The translations under genes and the position numbers were made by a program. A stretch of DNA of 42,209 nt from Octopus bimaculoides (taxonomy: Eukaryota). The notes beneath the pieces were generated by a model that had not been told where the DNA came from, ran no database searches, and was given only the letters and a program-made list of their open reading frames with translations. The stretch spans positions 38,487,764 to 38,529,972 of the forward strand of contig NC_068982.1 in NCBI RefSeq assembly GCF_001194135.2, in the 5' to 3' direction. Below are positions 36,171 through 42,209 of the stretch, one piece after another. Position 1 is the first letter of the stretch. Every line of letters begins with the position of its first letter.

Positions 36171-37406
36171 TTAGGTTGTTTCACATGAAATGTTGTATTT
36201 GAAAGGTAACAATAAAATGTTTCAGGTGTTGAGAACTGATTAATTTAATCAAAGTATGATCCATGTGCATTTATGATGTTTACCCAACGTTTCTCTATGA
36301 CATATATTCCATCTTTAAAAAAAATTCATCTTTTGCTGTGATAAACTGTCCGAATGCTTTAATTACCTCTTCTCTATTTAAGAAGGTTTTATCGCTTATG
36401 AAAAGCTCAAAATGCTTAAATAAGTGATAATCAGGAGGAGAGATATCAGGGGAATAGGAAGGATGTTGCAAAATCTCATAATTCAGGCCTTGCAACTTTT
36501 GGACCATAGCTTGAGGAGTGTGAGGATGTGCATTGTTGTGGAGCAAAATTGGGCCATCTCTATTCACTAGTCTGGGTTGCTTCTTTTTCAAATTCTCATG
36601 CATACAATCAATTTCCTGGCAATATGATGTTGCTGTTACTGTTTTTCCTTGTTGCAAAAATGAATAACTCCCATCACAGACCACCATACAGTGACCACTA
36701 ACTTTTTAGGGTGCAATGGTGGGTTTGGGTAGTGTTTCGGTGACTTTGCTGCATCTAATCACTGTCCTGTTCTCCTGCTGTCAAAGAGTATCCATTTCTC
36801 ATCACAAGTAATGATCTGATGCAAAAATGGTCTTTTTTCAGTCAAGAAAGCAATAAAGAGCACACTTCGAGGTGTCTGTTTTTTTAATCTCATTCAGTTG
36901 ATGTGGAACAAACCTATCCATTTTCTTGACTTTTCCAATTTTTTACATGTGTCCAAAAACAGTTGAGCGAAATGTTTGGAGTTCTCATGAAAGTTTTTGA
37001 ACCTTTGTTCTTGAATTTTGCTCAACCAAAGCATTTAATCCATCATGCTGAATAACTAATTTTGGCCTACCCCTTGGTTTATTTTCAAGGCTATCATCTC
37101 CTGAACAAGAACTCTGGAACCATCTCTGAATAGTTCTGATGTCAACAAAACCATTACCAGAGGTCTTCTTCATATTCCATAGAGCTTCTGTGGCAGAGTG
37201 ACCCAGTTTGTACTCATACGAGAAAATCACTCAACATAGTTTGGTTGTTATCATTTTCCTAAGGTCTGTGGGTACAAATTTTGTATACCAATATTATTGG
37301 GAAAGAAAAAGAGTCAAGATTAAATGCAAAGTATACATAATTGAGTTTTTAAATGACTGAAATAACAAGTAATTAAAAATGCAACATTTCATGTGAAACA
37401 ACCTTA
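36171..37406 (-). mobile_element. Mariner (DD34D) transposon, full length, degenerate
   Basis: ~30-bp near-perfect TIRs ttaggttgtttcacatgaaatgttgtattt / taaggttgtttcacatgaaatgttgcattt, TA at 36169-36170. Transposase ORFs 36985..37230 (YEYKLGHSA...ENKPRGRP) and 36295..36687 (HNNAHPHT, HPSYSPDISPPDYHLF). Confidence 0.95.
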
Positions 37407-37521
37407 AAAATTAAAATTTTCCTGTTCAAAAATGTTAATTAGGCTCGATGGAATCACTAAAATAATGATGCTTGTCAAAAATTAATTAAGAAGATATAAA
37501 GGCACCATATGATACACACAC

Positions 37522-37565
<44 letters not shown>

Positions 37566-37569
<4 letters not shown>

Positions 37570-38100
37570 GTTATGAAGGGTAATGGAGTCAACCAGACCT
37601 GAATGATACAGGTAATACCGAGTAAGTGCTGTATACCGTCTAGTTTTGCCCCAGATGTGGTTGCAACATGAATGGGGAATATAACATGGGTCATGTATTA
37701 GCGTGTGTATATATAAAAAGAATGAGATAAAGAGAGTAATGGCATAAATAAATTTATATCTTATGTAGAATGCCTTACAGCTGTTTCAGGGAAAGTTCAA
37801 TGTATCCCTTCATCGGAGACGGTAATAGTAGAAGATAATGATTATTACATCTGTATGAGGAGATTTGCAGTAAGAAATGAGAGCGATGTGGAAAAGAAAA
37901 AACAAAGAAGAAAAAGTACTTGGAGTATAGTTCCGTTTCAACAGTAAATATCCATGTATAGAATCTGTGTGGGTATTTTCCAGTGATAATTATAGTTACA
38001 TTGGTGGATATATATCACTTCGTATCCAGTTTACTCTGTGCGTTGTTTACTTAAAGGACAGCCCGAAGTGAGTGCAAGATGTGTGTAGGATTGTGAGATC
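37566..38100 (-). mobile_element. Probable Penelope-like element terminal-repeat fragment adjoining (TA)n
   Basis: Contains a minimal hammerhead motif, a known hallmark of PLE pLTRs. No GIY-YIG or RT coding recognised; boundaries approximate. Confidence 0.55.
37772..37820 (-). ncRNA. Minimal type I hammerhead ribozyme motif (U4C variant)
   Basis: Minus strand: GTCT CCGATGA AGGGA-12nt-TCCCT GAAA C AGCT GTA AGGC. Stems I (4 bp), II (5 bp) and III all pair, with a GUA cleavage triplet. Confidence 0.7.
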
Positions 38101-38106
38101 AAGTCA

Positions 38107-38378
38107 CAGGAATGGATAACTGAAAATTGTCATGATCACATAGCCCCTAACATTTGGGCCCCTAATTCCCCAGATCTCAATCTATTGGACTATTACATGT
38201 AGAACATTGTTGAGAGAGAGAGGTCAATGAACACACTCATAACACCAAACATTGTTTGAAAGCTGCCATATTCAGAGTAATGTCCAAAATGTACCAGGAC
38301 CACATGATTCAAGCATGTAGATGATTTAGATCTCATATAGAAGGAGTGATTGAACCTGAAGGTGGTTTTATTAAATAA
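38107..38378 (+). mobile_element. Tc1/mariner DD37D (maT-like) transposase C-terminal fragment
   Basis: QEWITENCHDHIAPNIWAPNSPDLNLLDYYM*NIVERE / VNEHTHNTKHCLKAAI...ACR*FRSHIEGVIEPEGGFIK*. Confidence 0.85.
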
Positions 38379-38394
38379 CATTATAGAAAACGAA

Positions 38395-38836
38395 GTGGAG
38401 GTGGGAGAGGTATGCAGTAATATACATCTGGAAGATTCTGGAAGGAATTGTGCCACATTTTGGCATTCAAAGCTACACAAATACCAAAAAGAGTTGACGC
38501 AGCACACAACTAAAGATCCCAGAAATGCCATCATGCTTCAGGAAAAGTTACTGCAAAAATCTGGGTTTCAGCAGCCCACAGTTTTTAAATATTCTCCCCA
38601 AGAGCCTGAGGGACAAACACAAAGTGGATATAGATGTTTTCCAATCAAAAGTAGACCTCTCTCTGTCGAGAGTACTAGAAGAAACTACCGCGTAGCAAGA
38701 CATACAAATGAGGGTAGTGACATCAAACTCCCTTATTAACAAAATGCCACATATTAGAGAAGGCTCTCAAGAGTAAAAGTGCAGCAAAATGGTAGTGCCC
38801 CAGCATGGCCACAGCTCTCAGCTGAAACTGGAAAAT
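38395..38836 (+). mobile_element. CR1-type LINE 3' end
   Basis: ERYAVIYIWKILEGIVP and PQFLNILPKSLRD...DVFQSKVD...MRVVTSNSL C-terminal motifs, then 3' UTR gtagtgccccagcatggccacagctctcagctgaaac ending in (TA)n. Confidence 0.85.
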
Positions 38837-38866
38837 ATATATGTATATATATATGTATATATACAG

Positions 38867-38944
<78 letters not shown>

Positions 38945-38956
38945 CATACATACATA

Positions 38957-39164
38957 NNNNNNNNNNNNNNNNNNNNNNNNNNNNNNNNNNNNNNNNNNNN
39001 NNNNNNNNNNNNNNNNNNNNNNNNNNNNNNNNNNNNNNNNNNNNNNNNNNNNNNNNNNNNNNNNNNNNNNNNNNNNNNNNNNNNNNNNNNNNNNNNNNNN
39101 NNNNNNNNNNNNNNNNNNNNNNNNNNNNNNNNNNNNNNNNNNNNNNNNNNNNNNNNNNNNNNNN
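38957..39164. other. Assembly gap (208 N) within (TA/TACA)n
   Basis: Run of N. Confidence 1.
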
Positions 39165-39206
<42 letters not shown>

Positions 39207-39210
<4 letters not shown>

Positions 39211-39430
39211 AATTTAAACATGAACAAACAAAAACAAACACAAAAAAACACAAAAAAAAACAACACGAGGACGTGGAATAAGTACAGTGTTATTGGACGC
39301 TCAGGAAAGGAAAGAAAAGAAAGAGGATTTAAAGTTTCGATCGGAGATCTTTGTCAGAAATATAGGAAAAGTCCAAAGAAGGGAAGACGGAGAAAGAAAA
39401 TCGCCAATGATGCACACACGGTCACATATT
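39207..39430 (-). mobile_element. Possible second Penelope-type repeat end with a decayed hammerhead motif (39324..39360)
   Basis: Minus strand TTT CTGACAA A GATC-TCC-GATC GAAA CTTT AAA; starts directly at (TA)n. Confidence 0.45.
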
Positions 39431-39458
39431 GGAATGACTGTTATTGTTATTATTAACG

Positions 39459-39677
39459 TGGTAAACTGGCAGAATTATTAGCACATTGGAGAAAATGCTT
39501 AACAGTATTTCTTTCAGGTCTTTATATTCTGTGCTCAAATTCAGCTGAGGTCAGCTTCACCTTTCAACCTTCTGAGGATGATAAAATGAAGTACCAGTAA
39601 AATACTGAAGTCAATATAATCAACTCATCCCTCCCCTAAAAATGTGCAGGCCTTGTCCCAAAGTTCTAAAGGCCATT
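39459..39677 (+). mobile_element. SINE family B, degenerate
   Basis: aactggcagaattattagcac...ctcaaattcagctgaggtcagcttcacctttcaaccttctgaggatgataaaatgaagtacc. Confidence 0.8.
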
Positions 39678-40124
39678 AGTGCTTGCATAAGTCAGAAAGA
39701 ATTTGTTAAGGCAGCCTTTCTATAGCATGGTGCCTTTTCTCTCTCCAACCCTCATCGGCTTCCAAGCACAATAATATTTCCCTACAGCCACTTATGTTTT
39801 TCACAGAAGACTTGAAATGAACAACATCACTGGTATGATGGTAATGCTTCTTCACATCCATCACATGATCTCAAGGCAAGGGTACAAACAAACACAAACA
39901 TGCATATATATATTGTCCACATTGTGATTTATCAGCTAGATCACATGTTAGTTTAATAAGTCATGCTTGTGCTCATATCTATATTGCTTTTGGTAGCCTA
40001 AGGACTTACATGAGGACTCATGAAGTGAAGTGAATGAACGAATGATAAACATTGGTGAATAGTAGTAATAATAATGTGTGTTGTTGATAATCTATTTGGT
40101 TGATTTTTTCTTTCCTGTCTTCTC

Positions 40125-40283
40125 GCTTCTTTCAGTTTCTGCCTACCAAATCCACTTAGAAGCCATTGGTCAGCCCACGGCTACAGTAGATGACACATTC
40201 CTAAGATGCTACACAATGAGATTGAATCTGAGATCAAAGGGTTAAGAAACAAGTTTCTTAAGCACACAGTCATAACTGCACCT
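40125..40283 (-). mobile_element. SINE family A 5' half
   Basis: cttctttcagtttctgcctaccaaatccac...ggctacagtagatgacac matches 17485-17640. Confidence 0.8.
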
Positions 40284-40336
40284 ACACACACACACACACA
40301 CACATGCATACACACACATACATACACACACATGCA

Positions 40337-40406
40337 CATTTTCAAGCTTACATATATGTGTATGTGAATGTTTATTCACATACACATATATGTAAGCTTG
40401 AAAATG
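40337..40406. repeat. Perfect 33-bp inverted repeat with 4-nt spacer (70-nt hairpin)
   Basis: CATTTTCAAGCTTACATATATGTGTATGTGAAT-GTTT-ATTCACATACACATATATGTAAGCTTGAAAATG, checked base by base. Confidence 0.97.
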
Positions 40407-40852
40407 AAACAAACATTAACAAGGAGACTAAGCTTTCACTGCAACACGTCACATTTTAAAGGTTATCTATGAACTAGAGATAACTACAAAATACTTTTGA
40501 AACAAACGAGATATAGAAGATATAAGACTTGACTATGAAACAAAATGTTGACTGGGAAGTGTTTTTGTATAAGACATAAGACAGATTACAATCTGTGCTC
40601 TAAAATGTCATCAAAATATTATCTTCTTTTGAGTTACAATGATATCATGATAGCATACATAGTACTGTCTGTTTGAAGAACTCTTATGGTGAGAGAATTA
40701 CAAATAGTAGAGAAATGCATCCTCAATCAAAATTATACTGAGTATCAAACTAAGCAATTTTAATAGAGCCAACTAATTAAATTTCCATCAAATGCTGCTG
40801 CTGTTTCATCATCATTATCATCATCTTCTCCTTCTTCTAACGTCCCTTTTCT

Positions 40853-41015
40853 CATCATCATCATCTAACATCCTTTTTTCCATGCTGACATGGACTGGGC
40901 AGATTGACAGGATCCGATGGGTCCTAGGACAACATCATACTCCAGTGTTAGTCTGCTTTGGTATGGTTTCTACTGCTGGATGCCCTTCCTTAATACCAAC
41001 CACATTACAGTATGT
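40853..41015 (-). mobile_element. RTE-LINE 3'-end fragment
   Basis: Reverse reads gttggtattaaggaagggcatccagcagtagaaaccatacc...catggaaaaaggatgttagatgatgatg, matching 23250..23410. Confidence 0.75.
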
Positions 41016-41320
41016 ACTGTGTGTGTGATAATCCAAATACAATCTTCTGAGAAAAATAGGTAAAATGTGAATCGTGATTTTGTTCAGTAAAATTCAATGA
41101 AATAGGATAAAGCAATGCAAAGAAAATATTTGGTGATAAGTTGCCTTAGAATCTATAATTTCTAAGCTGTAATTATAGGTTTGTATTTGTACTCATATTA
41201 TTAGCTTTCTTGAGTTTGTTACCAAAAATTTAAACAGCAATCGAAAAAAGCTGGAGTTTCCAAGAATGAGCAAAAGGTTTTATAAGTTTAATCAGAATAA
41301 GTCTATCTTTAACTTAAAAT

Positions 41321-41724
41321 TTTTAACTTGTTTCAGTCATTGAACAGGAAGGATTTAATCAAACAAATCAACACCAGTATTTATTTGCTTTAAGTAATGC
41401 AACTTATTCTGTTGGTCTCTTTTGTCAAACTGTAAATTTATGGGAATGGAAACAACCTTGCATTGGTTGTCAAGCATTGGTGGGTTGAGGGGACAAATAT
41501 ACACACACATACATATATATTTATACATGTATATGTGTTTCTATGTGTGTGTGTGTGTGTGTGTGTGCGTGTGTGTGCGTGCGTGTGTGTGCACGCGTGT
41601 GTGGGCGTGCGTGCATGCACACACACATATATATGATATGCTTCCACACTGCTTCTGTTTATCAAATTCACCCACAAGGAATTGGCTGGCCGATGACTAC
41701 AGTAAATGATACTTGCCCAAGATG
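41321..41724 (-). mobile_element. SINE family A, 5' head missing
   Basis: cttgtttcagtcattg tail, ggttgtcaagc, ~160-bp microsatellite core, tcaaattcacccacaagg...acttgcccaagatg. Confidence 0.85.
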
Positions 41725-42209
41725 AATTTTTGATACTATTGAATTGTTGTCAAAATTGTCTGTTTATTAGACAGAAAAAGAACAAAAGACAAGAAATTAG
41801 TAAAGACATGTATATGATAATATATAAAACTTGATCCCAAACATTCATAAAACCTACAGCTGTTATAAAGTGTTATCCTTATTACAAATGTCATAAACAA
41901 TCCCTGACACTTTTCATAACAAATTATTAACCATTTTATGGCAGAAATCAGATATATCTACTCAAAATTTCATTACTCTTAATGGTGGAAAGCAGTTTTA
42001 TATATCAATCTATCTTTTGTTGAAGAAGTCTGTCTAACACTCGCAAACATATATTTCAGTGAAACACATTCACTGATTACAAAAATTAGAAATAGTACAT
42101 TTCTAAATCTCTCAGAGAGACTTAAGCAGTAGTGATGCGATAAAGTAGTTGTATACTGCCAACTTAACATGACAGTCCCAATAAGGGAATATACTACTGC
42201 TATTTAGCC

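Noticed and set aside
38350-38739. 129-aa ORF
   Set aside because: Off-frame read across the DD37D/CR1 junction; the meaningful LINE motifs are in other frames.

Overview
AT-rich eukaryotic DNA from a gapped short-read-style assembly (6 N-gaps). The repeat families and microsatellite density look like an octopod cephalopod (Octopus sp.); this is an inference. No prokaryotic features (CRISPR, operons, rRNA) are present. Only two credible host genes are visible, convergent and each with a single coding exon. One is a 315-aa class A GPCR with melatonin-receptor-like hallmarks (15523..16470, +). The other is an unrecognised 459-aa acidic, Ser-rich protein with three LxK(V/Y/L)L(T/R)G NR-box-like motifs (32445..33824, -). 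The rest is a transposon graveyard: three mariners, a Tigger/pogo fossil, a DD37D Tc1/mariner fragment, two CR1-type LINE pieces, a near-full-length RTE LINE with a PHD finger inside its RT region, three tRNA-derived SINE families, a hAT MITE, and two Penelope-type repeat ends with hammerhead-ribozyme motifs. Other notable items are a perfect 33-bp-stem hairpin, a LINE/SINE shared 3' tail and an old 295-bp tandem duplication. Family names come from manual translation and recalled motifs, not database searches; boundaries of degenerate repeats are approximate.
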